A DNA stretch of 64,000 nt from Eledone cirrhosa (lineage: Eukaryota): assembly GCA_964016885.1 (NCBI GenBank), contig OZ024743.1:109740001-109804000 (forward strand), read 5' to 3'. Positions 28,124 through 42,823 of the stretch are shown piece by piece (within the stretch, counting starts at the first letter, position 1; the number at the start of each line of letters is the position of its first letter). The position numbers and the translations under genes are program-made. Below the pieces are notes generated by a model that saw nothing but the letters and a program-made list of their open reading frames with translations, did not search any database and was not told the origin of the DNA.

Positions 28124-28682
28124 CCACCTCTGAGCCCAATCCCTAATTCGAATATACAGTTTACCAGTCAAATATTATTCTTAGCACATTGATTGTTGTC
28201 TAGTTGTCTGGACTCCTAACTTTTAACTGTTAACGTCTGAAACTTCGAATTTATCGGGTTGTGAAACTTTAAATATTTTCCATAAGTTATATTAACCATA
28301 GCAGTAGGTAACATTCACGCTTTGGGTGATGGTATGTATATTATCCCGCCATAAACGGATGGCGGCTACAAATGCACTAAAATCTTACTGGTTACAAAAG
28401 CTAGCAGTAAATAAATTTTGGCTGGTTTAAACTCCCACTGACCACATCGAGTTGTCGGCCGAGTTAGGTGGGGATTGATATCTAGAGAGAACAAAGGAGG
28501 TTGGTAGTATTATGGGTGTAGTTGAGTGGTCCGCCACCCACATCCCTGCAACTGCGCAGGGATATCGGGATGACCTGGAAACTAAAAAGGAGCGGACAAT
28601 CAAAGCAAAAAACACACATTATTTTAGTCCGCTTCCTTTCACATAAAATTGCCTCAGAAATGTTACCTTTTAATCAATGTTT

Positions 28683-28733
28683 GCTGTCTGAAGAGATCAC
28701 GGTATTTATCTTCATTGAAATATATATATCGGC
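28683..28733 (+). ncRNA. Possible type I HHR (GAAATAT family), weak stems
   Basis: GCTGT-CTGAAGA-GAT..ATC..-GAAA-TATATA-TA^TCGGC. Confidence 0.4.
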
Positions 28734-28862
28734 CCAATTAATAAAAGACTCTAACATCTTCAACTTCGCCTTTTCATCTTTATTAATATACTCCATCACC
28801 CCTGCTTTTAGGAAGTAATATGACGTTGAGTGCTAGAAGTGAATTGCATCCTTGTATACCGA

Positions 28863-28979
<117 letters not shown>

Positions 28980-29655
28980 TCACATGTTTGTAAGAGGAAT
29001 AATTCAGAGATAACGATTTTATGACAACAGTACTTATTTTATCGACCTCAAATTGATGAAAAAAATGATGAAAGAATTTGAACTCACACGTTAGAGAAAC
29101 ATATATAACTGATTAGTGGAATATTCTGACTCAGCTGTCTCCACTTCCTTACTATAACACATATAAACGAAGCACCATACTTATTTCTGAATAGAAAAAA
29201 AAAAGAAGACGCCATGAATTCTGTATAGTCTAACACGGCATATATATACCAAAGCTACATTACGAGGTAAATATGTATCCCGCCCCAGTTCACAAACGAA
29301 AAGTACCAGTCTCTCTCTTTAAAGAAATTTGTGGCAGATGTATCAACGTGACTCTAGTAAATATTTATTCTTCAAAGTTTGTGTTGAAATAAATATCAAG
29401 ATCCAGACGTTACAGCAGTAATTATCCAGAGGAATAAATTGTTTACATGACTACAGAGGGCATAACAGATTTTGCTTTAAAGATATTATAGTCATCTGCC
29501 AACGAATATGAATATGAAACCTTTGTTTAATACCTGGGAAATTTCTTCTTTAAATCGACATTCTATCTTTCACTCTGCTCATTCTCCTCCGTATCTTAAC
29601 ACGCACACGCACATATACACAGACAGACACAAATACACAAATAAACACACACACG

Positions 29656-29716
<61 letters not shown>

Positions 29717-30169
29717 ATATATGTTTATATGTTTATATATATATATATATATACATAGATAACATATATATGTACGTATATACAAACGCACATACGAATA
29801 AACTCGCACACACTGCAGAAAATAAATTGAATTGTTAGATCTGTAAGATGAGATTTAATTAATTTCCTAAAGAAATAACTTTTATATTCTACAATCGTTG
29901 TTTATATTAGAATACCAAGTGGCTTTTTTCCAGGGTTTTTTTCGTGGCATTCATCATTGTCTTCATCTGTTTTACCGCCTTCCCTTTTCTCTAGTCCTTA
30001 TATTCTATTTCATTGTCACGTCATTACAATTTACTTAGTCGATGAGTGTTTCGAGGAGAAGCCGGATTGGTTTCTCGACACAAAAGCGAACAACTCATAC
30101 TTATAAGAACACACACACAAGTACACTTACAGACACAGAAGTACACACATACATAGATACATACATTCA

Positions 30170-30213
<44 letters not shown>

Positions 30214-30424
30214 TAGGAATGAAAAATGGCGTGCTGCGTTGTGGCGAATGTGATACATATGAATAAAAAAAATAGAGCTAGAAGCCAGGACTATCCATCA
30301 TCAGTGATCTTCTGGCCACCATAGGTATTTCTTCGCATTAAAGATCAGATATCAGATACAGCGATCGCGCTGGCCTGAGGTTTCTGATCTTTAATGCGAA
30401 GAAATACATACATATATAAACACG

Positions 30425-30507
<83 letters not shown>

Positions 30508-33070
30508 ATTGAACAATGGAAGGTAATATCCGTAGTGGTAGAGCACTCAGTCCATGGGACGAGTTATATTACGTAATATTACGAGCTGAGGATCCGCTAA
30601 GGTGAAACAATTGTTCTCGGTATGGTGAACTAACTGTTGTGTAACCACTTCTACATATATATATATATATTTGTGCGTGTGTGTGTGTGTCTGTGTGTAT
30701 GTGTGTGTGTGTAGGCGCAATCATGTTTTTACCCAAATATCGTGACACGTAGGTCAAGTCATTTCCACTTTAGCGTCACGTTTGTTAATGTGAGGTTATG
30801 ATACTTTGGGCATTCAGTTTCCAACGCGCTAATAAAACGGTTCAGTGGTGATCCTTCCTACATAAAAAAAGCATATTAATACATTCTTTGATAATACTAT
30901 ATTGCTTATAGTCATTCGGTTTGTTAGTTGCCGTCTCAACTACAGAAATTACTCTGTTTATGTCTTAAAAATCATACCTGATTCTTGGCTATCGTACACC
31001 AAAGTTCCGTTTTCTCCAGCTATCTCCACTGAACAAAGAATCATTAACTCTCTTGATAAATAACAACTTCAGAAACTGAACCCATGACATAATGACGCTG
31101 CAATACTATATAACCATTTGTCTTTTATGAAAATTAATCAGGCTGGTAATTTCATATTTCCTTATTTGCTATGATATCCATGTGTTTTCTAGGGGACCAT
31201 ATAAATTAATTTGTCATTCTAAATGTTTTTCAGCTTTCAATTAATCGCATTTTGTCTTCAGATCTAATTTTATTGCATCTCTCTTACCTTACGGAACTAG
31301 GTTTTACTTCAGATCTTTATTTCTGCTTTGCATATATATTGCATTGTTTAAAGAGAAAAAAAAGGCTGATTACGTGTTTAAAGGCCATAGAAATTCATTG
31401 TATTAGTGGCTAAGATTGTTTTTTTCCCGCTGCTGGAATCAAGTTTAGTCTCTGTTACCATTAGTAGCTTATTAAGTGAAACACCAATCCTTAATTTCGG
31501 GACCTAATAAGTATCTTACCAAGAGGTTTCGACTCATATCAGTTCCAGGTGCCTTACATATGTTTACTTTCCATGTAGTGTATCTATGACAATCTCTGTT
31601 AATATGGCCTTAAGCGCCCGTCTTTATTCATTCACTGCCATCATTCTTCAGATTTCTGATAATTTTTCTTGGTGTTCATGCTATAAATATTTCAAATTTA
31701 TTTAAAGCTAATTCTTCATTAAATCAGTTGGTACTTAATAAAATCTGTCGACGTGTTCCTTTAAAGAATCTTTATTGTTTTTCGCAGAGCCATTTTCATT
31801 TGGATATAGAGAGGTTGCTCTTTATTAGGCGTTTGTATATTTCAGGAATGTGCTATGTTCTATTTCCATGTACACTCTTACTTTTTCTATCTTTTTTTAG
31901 TTGCATCTTTCTGTCCATATGTATATATTGATTGTTATTCTTTTGTTACTTTCCTATCTATTTGAAAAGAAAAAAAAATTAGGTCAACGACTGTTCCTTG
32001 GATTTCTGAATTTCTTGATAAGTACATCAGAGTTAGTACATCATTTCCTATGTAACCTATATAATTGCTTCTTATATTATGTTATTTAACGTAGAGATAT
32101 ACTGATCTCAAGAGGTCCACAATCATGATTCACGCAATTAAAATATTACAGGTTTGTGCTTGTATGTCCACATCGATAAGCATTCTGTCAATAAATCTGA
32201 TATATGTCAAATTCGAATTAGTTGGTATCAAACTCAACATCATCTTCAACTATCGTATACAATGTGTGATGTTCTTAGATAATTACACGCATGACATTAT
32301 TTTTTAAATATGTAAATAGCCATATAACTATGTATGTTACAATATATTCGAGAATTGAGTGTACGAAATGATTTCATATCAACATCTTTTGATTTGAACA
32401 TTAAAAACTATTTAAGTTCACATGTGTTTAACGATATGGATTTTAATTTTTATGTAGGCTCTGAATAAGCATTTTTTCCCCCTAAAATCCTCAGAAACTA
32501 TAACGCTATCTACCGGTTTAGCTGATGGCAGCCGCGCAATTTCGTTTTATCTTATCTTATTACTGAACATCAGTATTCCTTATTCTTCTTCATTTCAGTG
32601 CATACTTTCACACTCAGATCATTTGATAACAGCATTGCTACAGTGTTATGTACGATGGATTTCACTTATGATATTTTCTGTCGGTTATCATTTTAATTTT
32701 TTTTCTTTGAGAGGTACAAATGTTAAAACACTGAGTTAAATGTCTTGAGATATTTATTTATGCGAATTAATATTCTCAGTGTAACAGACCGGATTTGACT
32801 TTGCTTTTCATGTTCCTGGTTCCAATACAAGACAAAAAGAAAATGTCAACACGAAATTCAAGAGAATCAAATCTATCATCTCCCAAAGTGTCTGCCTTTG
32901 TTTCTTTATATGACACACATTTATTCCGGAATTTATAAAAGGTGTTATATTTATGAGCCCTCAGGTACACACAAGATGATTACAGTGGAACAAAGTTGAA
33001 GCGTTTTCTCATCCTATGTTGTTAACTCTTATTTTTTGACAATCTTCGCAGCTGAATCAATATTATTATT

Positions 33071-33460
33071 AATTGAATTGGCGGTGAATTGGTAGTATCG
33101 GTAGAGGGTTGGACGCCATGCTTTGGCGCATAGAGTTACGGCCCTTGCCATTCTGAGTTCAAATCCCGCCGAGGTTAACTTTGCCTTTCATCCTTATGGG
33201 GTCGATAAAATAAAGTACCAGTAATGTACTGGATAATTGCTGGCCTTGTGCCAAAAGTAGAAACAATTATTAATTGAATTGGCAGTATCGGTAGAGGGTT
33301 GGACGCCATGCTTTCTAGCATAGTTACGTCCCTTTACAGTCTGAGTTCAAATACCGCCGAGGTTAACTTTGCCTTTCATCCTTACGGGGTCGATAAAATA
33401 AAGTACCAGTAATGTACTGGGTATTTGCTGGCCTTGTGCCTAAAGTAGAAACAATTATTA
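33071..33460 (+). mobile_element. Head-to-tail dimer of tRNA-derived SINE
   Basis: Two copies of the 45394 SINE (33080-33270 and 33280-33460). Confidence 0.9.
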
Positions 33461-33720
33461 ATTATACAGATAATAATTTCGTAAACTCTTTTTCAGCTGG
33501 TCTAACTATATCTACAGTAAGCAACGAAAAGTGAGGAAGAAGGAGTCAAGTCCCAAATTTCTATGAATTTAAATTCGGTGAAATTGTGAACGAGAGAGAA
33601 TAAAGACAATCAAACCTGGTTGGAATGTAAGCAAGGAAGGAATTCCGTACAGGTCTAACGGGAGGAAGAAGGGATCTAGTCTGTGATTTCGGTGAACGTA
33701 AGTTCTGTGAAATCGTAGAC

Positions 33721-33830
<110 letters not shown>

Positions 33831-33900
33831 CATGTATGTATATATATACACAATACTATACGTCTGTATACATATATGTATGTAGGTATACATACTTACA

Positions 33901-33936
<36 letters not shown>

Positions 33937-33937
<1 letters not shown>

Positions 33938-34515
33938 TTCGTATCTCCAAAAAAATATGGTTTTAGGAAGCCGTAGCTATGCAAATATCGGGGGGGGGGG
34001 GGGGGCTAACGTCCTATGGCGACGTCTAGCAGAAACAAGGGGTACAACCGTCTATGCATTTCAGGCTTAACTGGCCATCGTCAGGACGGAACCTCCAACC
34101 GCTTGCGACAGCTGGACTAGAAGACAGGCGACAATATATAGTTTTCTCGTCTGTGTAAAAAGGTGATTAATCTCATTTTCATATGAAGCTGCATAAGTTG
34201 GCTCAACTTATAATAACAAATAAATACGATTACGCTTCAAACATAGCTTTATAAAATGTGTATACATATTTCGTATCTCCAAAGAAACACGGTTTTATGG
34301 TAGTTCGTACTATCCGTTAGGGTATAATGTTGGGCTGTAATACAGGAAAGGTTCGTGCAATTTATGTTTAGAAGCCAAAATTGCCTTAGATTTTCTGCTT
34401 AACATGTGGTCTTTGGCGTAGAGTATTTCCAGGGCCTCAGCGGTGCAGATGTCACATGGTCTCTTATTTCCGTTATAAGAGATAGTCTCAGCTCGGATCT
34501 CCCAGTATAACCTAT
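33937..34515 (-). mobile_element. 3' fragment of Naiad-like PLE followed by a ~332-bp HHR-bearing terminal unit
   Basis: 34300-34510 is homologous to 24585-24790 (CDIC..E; HPNG*); direct repeat TTTCGTATCTCCAAA at about 33937 and 34269. Confidence 0.85.
34048..34089 (-). ncRNA. Minimal type I hammerhead ribozyme
   Basis: Minus: CCGTC-CTGACGA-tGGC cagttaa GCCt-GAAA-TGCA-TA^GACGG. Confidence 0.85.
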
Positions 34516-35083
34516 GGATCTCTTATGGTCAGAAACATATACTCTTACAGCTGATACAGACTAATAAAATACACTCCCTTATATTAACATATTTTTGCTC
34601 TTAGATTCGTACCTGCAAGCATACACCCACTCTTATACTTACATATATACACACGATTCCTTAGCTTCGTACGGACGTATAACACGCCAGATCTATACGG
34701 ATGCGCACACGTATAGCTCTATAAACGAAGCGTTTGTTTTTTCATCTTGGGTAGATGCGCTTCATCACCTACTTTTCTAAAAAAGGATATGATACAGGAA
34801 ATGCCTGCATCAACAGTTTTCCACGAGATGGCAACTTGAATAGACCTATTATTTTGCTCTAAAAACCTTTTTTCCGATTCTGCCCTCAATCTTTCTTTTT
34901 ATGAAGGACTAGCGGCCGAAGCGTTAATACCCTTTTCCTGCTATTTCAAGCGTCAAAATAATATATTCCTTCTATATACTGTACCGATTATGTTGTTACT
35001 TCTCTTTACCTTTTCCACACACACATACATCCACTCGCCCACATACACACAAATATATATATATTTATATACATACATACATA

Positions 35084-35146
<63 letters not shown>

Positions 35147-35149
35147 AAA

Positions 35150-35514
35150 ATAATGAAATGAGATTTCATTTCTCACTCTTAGTACGGCTCATACTTAAAT
35201 GTAAGGATGTATACGTACATACATATACGTATACATACGTACAGTAGCATGTATATATATACATGCATGCACATATATATATATATATATATATGTACGT
35301 ACGTGTTTACCGAACATTTATTATAATATTTGGGTTGTTTGTAGACAAACAGCCCGAATTAAGTCGTACAGTGTTCGGCAACCATCGTCGCCCTTTTGAG
35401 CGACGATGGTTGCCCGTTTGGGCAACGATTGTTGCCGAACACTGTACGGCTTAATTCGGGCTGTTTGTTTACAAACAAAATGAACATTATAATAAATGTT
35501 TGGTAAACCCATAC

Positions 35515-35579
<65 letters not shown>

Positions 35580-35645
35580 CATGTATGTATCTATATACAC
35601 AGTACTGTACGCCTGTATACATATATGTATGTACGTATACATACT

Positions 35646-35650
<5 letters not shown>
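35150..35650. repeat. Fold-back of two partial units of the 26301 family
   Basis: About 35296-35392 is inverted against 35424-35520, with nested short palindromes at the centre. Confidence 0.8.
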
Positions 35651-35713
<63 letters not shown>

Positions 35714-35826
35714 AAAATCGACCGTTGTTCTTGGAGGCCATCAGGATATCCTGATGGCCCCCCCAAACAACGCTCAATTTTTTAAAGGGGTACGTCAATG
35801 TCTATTTATAAAACTGTTATATATTG

Positions 35827-35891
35827 TAGTTTGTCTGATGAAGGCATACTATAATGTAACTTGGTATCCTTGAAATATATATAATGAAATA
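35827..35891 (+). ncRNA. Type I HHR (GAAATAT family), weak stem I
   Basis: CTGATGA-AGGcATAC..GTATCCTT-GAAA-TATATA-TA; flanks homologous to 25350-25460 in reverse. Confidence 0.6.
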
Positions 35892-35958
35892 AATATGGTT
35901 TTATGAATATAGTTTCCATTTATTAATATCGTATATATATATATATATATATATATAC

Positions 35959-37650
35959 ATTTCGTATCTCCAAAGAAAACGGTTTTAGGAAGCCGTAGCT
36001 ATGCAAACACCGGGGGTTAACGCCTCCTGTTTTCACCAGCAGAAGCAAGGGGGACAACCGTCTCTGCATTTTAGGCATAACTGGCCATCGTAAGGAGAGT
36101 CCCTCCCACCGCTTGCTAGACTAGAAGATAGGCGAGAATATACAGTTTTCTCGTCTGTATAAATGAGGTGATTAATCTCATTTGCATATGAAGCTGCATC
36201 AGTTGGCTCAACTTATAATAAAAAAGAAATAGCATTTCGTTTCAAGCATACCTGTATACAATTTGTATAAATATTTCGTATCTCCAAAGAAATACGGTTT
36301 TAGGATAGTTGGGTATAATGTGGGGCTGTAATCCAGGAAAGTTTTGTGCAATTTATGTTTACAAGCCGAAATTGCCTCAGAATTTTTGTTTAATATGTGG
36401 TCTTTGGCGTAGCGTATTTCCACGGCTTCAGCAGCGCAGAGGATCTCCCAGTGTAACTTATGTTGGGTGTGGTAGTCTTTTAGACTCCAGATATAAGCTG
36501 AAAGTGACGTTATATACCTTCTTAAAGGTTTAAGAAAAGAATGGGTATGTATGTAAAGACGTTGCTTGAATCTATTGGCGGTTAGCCCTATGTAGGCCCT
36601 ACCGGACATCGGTGTTTCAACCTTACATTTGTAGACAATGTTACTAGAGAGGCATTTCCCGGATAGGGGGCAGTCAACGCGGTTCCTACAATTACAGTTA
36701 GTACTAGCTACAGGGCTGCACGTGTTCCTACGGCTAGGTAATTTAGCTAAATTTGAAGCTGTGATGTTATGTGAAACGTTAGGAGTCGTAGAGTAAGACA
36801 TTTTAATGGTATTTCTATTAAAAGTTTTACTATATTTATGTGCTGGGGGGAAATGCTTCATAATAAGGGAGAGAAAGAACTTAGCTAATGGTTTGGTCAC
36901 CTCCATATTATATGGTGGGTTATACCATATAATGCGTCGGTATCTATTTTTCCTTGGTATATTCTCGTACTCTGTATAAGCTACCTTATCGACAAATCCA
37001 CTCCGAGCAAGTGTTTCATTGTAATATGTGGAATGGTCGTTGAAAATATGCTCGTTTGTAGATAGACGAGAAAGCCTCAAAGAAACGTTTCTTACCAGGT
37101 TCTTGGTTATGCTGGAAGGATGGTTAGGATGCTTACTTATGTAATTAAGCGTGTCATTCGGCTTTCTATAGGGGTAGTGAATACCATTCGAAACATTGAG
37201 GGTAACGTCTAGGTAATTAACGACCGAGAGGTTGGCCTCAACCTTTATGGAGAGGTTGTAGCCTTTAAAGAATGCTGGGAGTTCTTTTATGAAGCTGTCA
37301 CAAGCACATGGGCCGCACTTTGCCATGGTCAAAAGACCGTCATCACGGTACGAACCACCGCCCACGTTTGGGAATCCTTCCTTGATAGAGAAAAGAAGGA
37401 AAAGGCAGATAGGATCAGTAACCTCCGCAGAAACGCTGGCGACCATACTCACGTCTAATGGGGGTACTATTAGATTTTTTTATCCAAATAGATTCGTCGA
37501 AATTAATTACCGACTTACGGGCATTGAGGATGACATCATCTTCAAAATCCTTAACCTCTGTGAGTCTTTTAGCGAAATTGATAGCTCTAAGAATAAGTTA
37601 AGGGTGAAAGCAGCGATTATTTGCTTAAACTTTAATCTGTTATTTTAATA

Positions 37651-37654
<4 letters not shown>
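35959..37654 (-). mobile_element. 5'-truncated Naiad-like PLE with 3' terminal unit and an inverted pLTR fragment at its 5' end
   Basis: ORF 36208-37452 (YRDDGL, YLDVTL, CNCR..CPLSGKC, YIGLT); terminal unit 35959-36305 matches 33937-34300; 37597-37654 matches 22371-22428. Confidence 0.92.
36208..37452 (-). pseudogene. PLE RT (C-terminal half) + GIY-YIG, 5'-truncated, small deletion near the end
   Basis: 414-aa ORF paralogous to 23401-24778. Confidence 0.9.
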
Positions 37655-37741
<87 letters not shown>

Positions 37742-38678
37742 TGATGTACTTAGCTGAATAGATATTATTAAACAGAGAAGATAATAATATCGTATTCTGT
37801 TTTTAAACTGCAGTCAGTTATTACCTTGAAATCTCATAGACTCAGGAACACTCTTTCCACTATGATTTCTCTTAAAATTCAACATGATCAGTGATGCCAA
37901 AAATATGTCAAGGAAGCAAAATTGTAATATAGCAAATAGTTCGGAATCTTTACGATAATATTTATGTCCCAAACATAATTTGGTGTATAAGCTCCACAGA
38001 AATCTAAAACGATTTAGAAAATTTCGAAAATTATATATCAACAGTAATATAAAAAACGCTTTTCAAAATCTACATTACTGGAGTACGAGATAAAATATAC
38101 ACAACCATATCATAATAAAAAGAATGAATTGTTTTCCATGTGAAGTTATGGTATATTGAGTATACATAGATCAACTTTAACTGGGTCATTTAATATGTGT
38201 TTGGAGAAGACAATAATTTGGTGTGGAGCAAGCAAAGTTAACGATTTTAAAACATCACAGATTTTGATATTGTTCACTAGATTTTGCTCCCAAATTATTG
38301 TTTTCTGATTTAGGCACAAAACAAAAAATATTTTTAGGGGAGAGGAAAGTCGATTATTTTGATCCCAGTACATTACTGATACTTTCTGTATCGACCCCAT
38401 AAAGATCGCAGGCAGCAAAGCTAATCGCTAACGATAGTGTTAATACATCACCCTTACTCTCAAATGAATAGAAAGTTCAATTTATATTTTGCTTTTCTTT
38501 AGCTATTTATATCATTTGAAATGATCGGACAATATAATGATGTAACATTTTGCTAATATCTTTTATATGAATTAAGAAATATAAATCTCATTGGAATATA
38601 TACTTTTTAAATCCATATCGTATTAATGACACACACATACACGCGACTCATAGGCACACCCATACACGTACAGGCATG

Positions 38679-38740
<62 letters not shown>

Positions 38741-39023
38741 GGAGAGTGTGTGTGTGTGAGAGAGAGAGGGGGAGAGCGTAAGTATTAGGTAAAATCCCCT
38801 CCGCGACGATAAACTGTTAAAGCTGTCTGGATTTTACCAGGTTCAGTACCACATACTCTCTCTATCCCCCTCTCTCTATATTTCTATTTCTCTCTATTTG
38901 TCTCACACTTTCTCTCACTCTCACTCTCATCTCTTTCTCGTCTCATATATATGTGTTTCTGTATTTGTATATTTGATTGTTTCTTTGTGGGTGTTTTGTG
39001 TTTGTTTGATTGATTGCGTGTGT

Positions 39024-39092
<69 letters not shown>

Positions 39093-40394
39093 GGTGGGTG
39101 TATTTTACTTGTGTTTTTATATCTCTTCGCTCTCTTTATAATATATCATATTTCATTAAACCAGGACTTTCATGTTTACATTCAGTAGAGTCAGTTTATA
39201 TAGCATTTTTAAAGTGTTTAGATATTTAATTTGACAGACTAGATTTACAAGAGAAGATTTAGTAGATTTTTGTTTAAGATTTATCAGAATTTGGTAGAAT
39301 TAGTACAAGTGGAGTCAATAGTACAACGGCATATAAAACTCATTCATAGCCACAAAAATTAAAGTAAAATGTAATTTACACAAAAAATATATATATCAGG
39401 AGATATTGTGATTCAAGGAAAAACGTGTATAACATATATTATACAACGTCATAAATATTCATATAAATATAGCCATGACAAAAAGCGCTCGGTCCACTCC
39501 GTAACGGTGGTGTCGGTGTCAAGACAAAAGCGTCCAGCCTGCTCTCTAAAGTGGTTTGTATCGGTATCATGACAAAATATGCCCTATCTACACTGTAAAT
39601 TGGTCGAGTAGGGGTCTCAAGAAAAAGCATCTAGTACATACTGTAAATTGGGTGGTCGTTAGGGAGATCATGCTGTAGTAGAAAACAAGCCAGAATGAGT
39701 TCTGTATGAGCAGAAATCGGTCAACTGCTCTGACATCTCTCAAAAAGGGCAACTCGTGTAACTAAAAAAAAATGGGTATTAAAAACTGATGATATATATA
39801 TGGTATATCTATAGGACACCACCCCTTGGTTTCAGACGGAAATAGCTTTTTCATCGGTTTCTCTCGTCTTCTATCAACTCTGTTAACCTCTATGCTTCAT
39901 CGAAAAGAAATTCCCCCCGAAAAAAGAGTGTGTAGTAGGTGTCCCCACAAATCACCGTCCTCCTTGGGTTTTCTTTTTATGATTGTTTGTTTTGGCATGT
40001 GTTATCAAAATATGACATACGAATCAGTTGGAAACGAGTAGCTTTCTAGAAAGAGGCATGGGAAGGGTGGATTGAGGATCAGGCTTTCGCAGTCCTACAC
40101 TTCCCTCGAGTTTGGTGGGAATATTTGTTTTTCTTCCCTTTTATCGTGTGCTATCTGACATCCAGGATACTCGAAATCGACATTTTCTCCTTTAAACCAG
40201 AAACTACAACCTGATCCTAACCACAGACAAAAAACTAACCCAACCCTAACCATAACACTAAACTAATCCGAGGAGTAAGGTCGATTACAATAATTTTAGA
40301 AGTCAGTTTAGTTGATAGCATACAAAAAAAAACAAAAAAAAACAACAACAACAGAAAAATCATTGCCACTGAAATCTATGGAAGTTTTCTATAA

Positions 40395-40835
40395 TAATTA
40401 AATATACTGCTGCCACAAGGCCAGCAATTACCCCAATGCTTTACTGGTGCTTTATTTGATCGACCCCGAAATGATGAAAGGAAAAGCTACCCCCGGCGGG
40501 ATTTGAACTCAGAATGTAAAGCCCCATAAATCTATGCTTCAAATCACGGTGTCTGACACTCTACTTATACTGCCAATACACCGCGCTGGGTTGTTTTACA
40601 ATAATGATTTCTTATATAGGCACTAGGCCAGTAATTTTGGTGGAGGGGAAAGTCGATTATACGACCCCAGTGCGTGACTGGTACTTTATTTTATCGACCT
40701 CGTAAGGATATAAAGCAAAGTCAATCTCGAGGGGATTTGAACTCAGAACGTAAATAGCTATAAATCCATGCTTCAAAGCATGGTGTTTGATGCTCTGCCG
40801 ATACTGCCAATACACTGCCCTGGATTGTTCTATAA
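40395..40835 (-). mobile_element. Two tandem tRNA-derived SINE copies
   Basis: GGGATTTGAACTCAG (reverse B box) at about 40498 and 40733, with the TTTATCGACC domain. Confidence 0.8.
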
Positions 40836-41244
40836 TAATGCCATATATTTCAAGTTGAAGTTATTTGAGGTCTACTTCACTCATATAGCAACTCTGCAAC
40901 TGTCCGTGCATCGAGTACTACTTAGATTTGTGGTCTTCCCTGTTTTCGTAATTCATACATGCAATATACATATTTAAAGATAAGATGGAGTAGTAGTTTA
41001 ACAACGGACATAAGAGGAGGAAGTAAACAGAGAGTCATTGAGGTGGTCACAAAATGTATGATAGAAAAACGTTGGCAATCGAATGAAAATGAACAAAAAT
41101 AACACACAAAAAAAAAAAAAGATACAGTGAAAATTATATGGTGCGTGTTTTTCTTTCTATTGGGAATATTGGTAACATGACCATTTTCAAATATAACAAT
41201 ATTGATTTCAACACACTATTTCACATCAATGTTGCAGTATATAT

Positions 41245-41306
<62 letters not shown>

Positions 41307-41417
41307 ATATTGTGTGCATGTGCGTGTATAAATAAATAAATAAATATATAGTATATATATATATATATATATATATTTATTTATTTATTTATTTATTTAT
41401 ACACTCACACACACACA

Positions 41418-41456
<39 letters not shown>

Positions 41457-41459
<3 letters not shown>

Positions 41460-41709
41460 TGGCACAAGTCCAGGTATAGTTGTTTGTTTGTGGAAGGCCA
41501 CCAGTCTCCCCTCTCCACCGATGTTTTCCAGGGCATGGTCAAAGGCCGATACAACTTGGCACCAGTGACATCTCATTTCTACAGCTGAGTAAACTGGAGT
41601 AACGTGAAATAAAGTGTCTTGCCCAATAATACAACGCAAAGCGCAGCCTGAGAATTGAACTCACAACCCCACGATTGAAAGTCCGGTGCTCTAACCACCG
41701 AACCATGCG

Positions 41710-41711
<2 letters not shown>
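41457..41711 (-). mobile_element. tRNA-derived CORE-type SINE
   Basis: Minus: GGCGCATGGTTCGGTGGTTAGAGC (A box), GAGTTCAATTC (B box), TTGGGCAAGACACTT..CTCAGCTGTAGAAATGAG (CORE-like). Confidence 0.75.
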
Positions 41712-41753
<42 letters not shown>

Positions 41754-41762
41754 GGTGTGTGG

Positions 41763-41819
<57 letters not shown>

Positions 41820-41824
41820 TAGAG

Positions 41825-41909
<85 letters not shown>

Positions 41910-42420
41910 AGAGATGTCTTCAGCAATGCAAACATTACAGTATAATCATTTTAGTTTCATGTTATTTCAATGTACAGAAGAGAATATTTAGGAGTGAACA
42001 CTTTTAGAAATCTACAGAAGTTCCTCTAGATGAAGCAATCTGATTTATAACTGTTCTTGTAAACATGAAAGTGGCCATTATGACCAAACTTGTTTCATTG
42101 GTGAAGTTTGTGTTGTGACGACAGATGCATTGAAACACATTTTCATTGAGAACATGTAGAAAAAATTACATTCGACAACATTAGTTCATAAAATTATAAA
42201 TCAATGTAAAATTTCATAGAAACAATGAGCGTATAATTTAAATATATTACTAATAACAGAATATATACCGCAAATTAACCGAGACATAAAACAGCTATGG
42301 AACCTATAATAACCGCAATTTTTCGAAAGTTGAGAAATTTTGAAACAAGAATGTATGATTTTATCACTCTTTCCAGCTAAGTTCTTGACAAATACACTGC
42401 TAGAATGCAGAAATGTGTGT

Positions 42421-42497
<77 letters not shown>

Positions 42498-42695
42498 TGT
42501 GTATGTGTGTGTGTGTGCGTGCGAATGCGTGTGTGTGTGTGTCTGTGTCTGCGTGTTTGTGTGCGTATGTATACTTGCACTCACTAACACAGACACAGAC
42601 AACCACGCATACTCATATGTATATATATATATATACATATATATATATGTATGTGTATGTGCATGTGTGTGTGCGTGTGTATGTGTGTGTGTGCG

Positions 42696-42740
<45 letters not shown>

Positions 42741-42749
42741 GTATTTATG

Positions 42750-42823
<74 letters not shown>

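Noticed and set aside
40210-40270. CCTAAC/CCCTAA telomere-like motifs
   Set aside because: Few and degenerate; not a telomere array.
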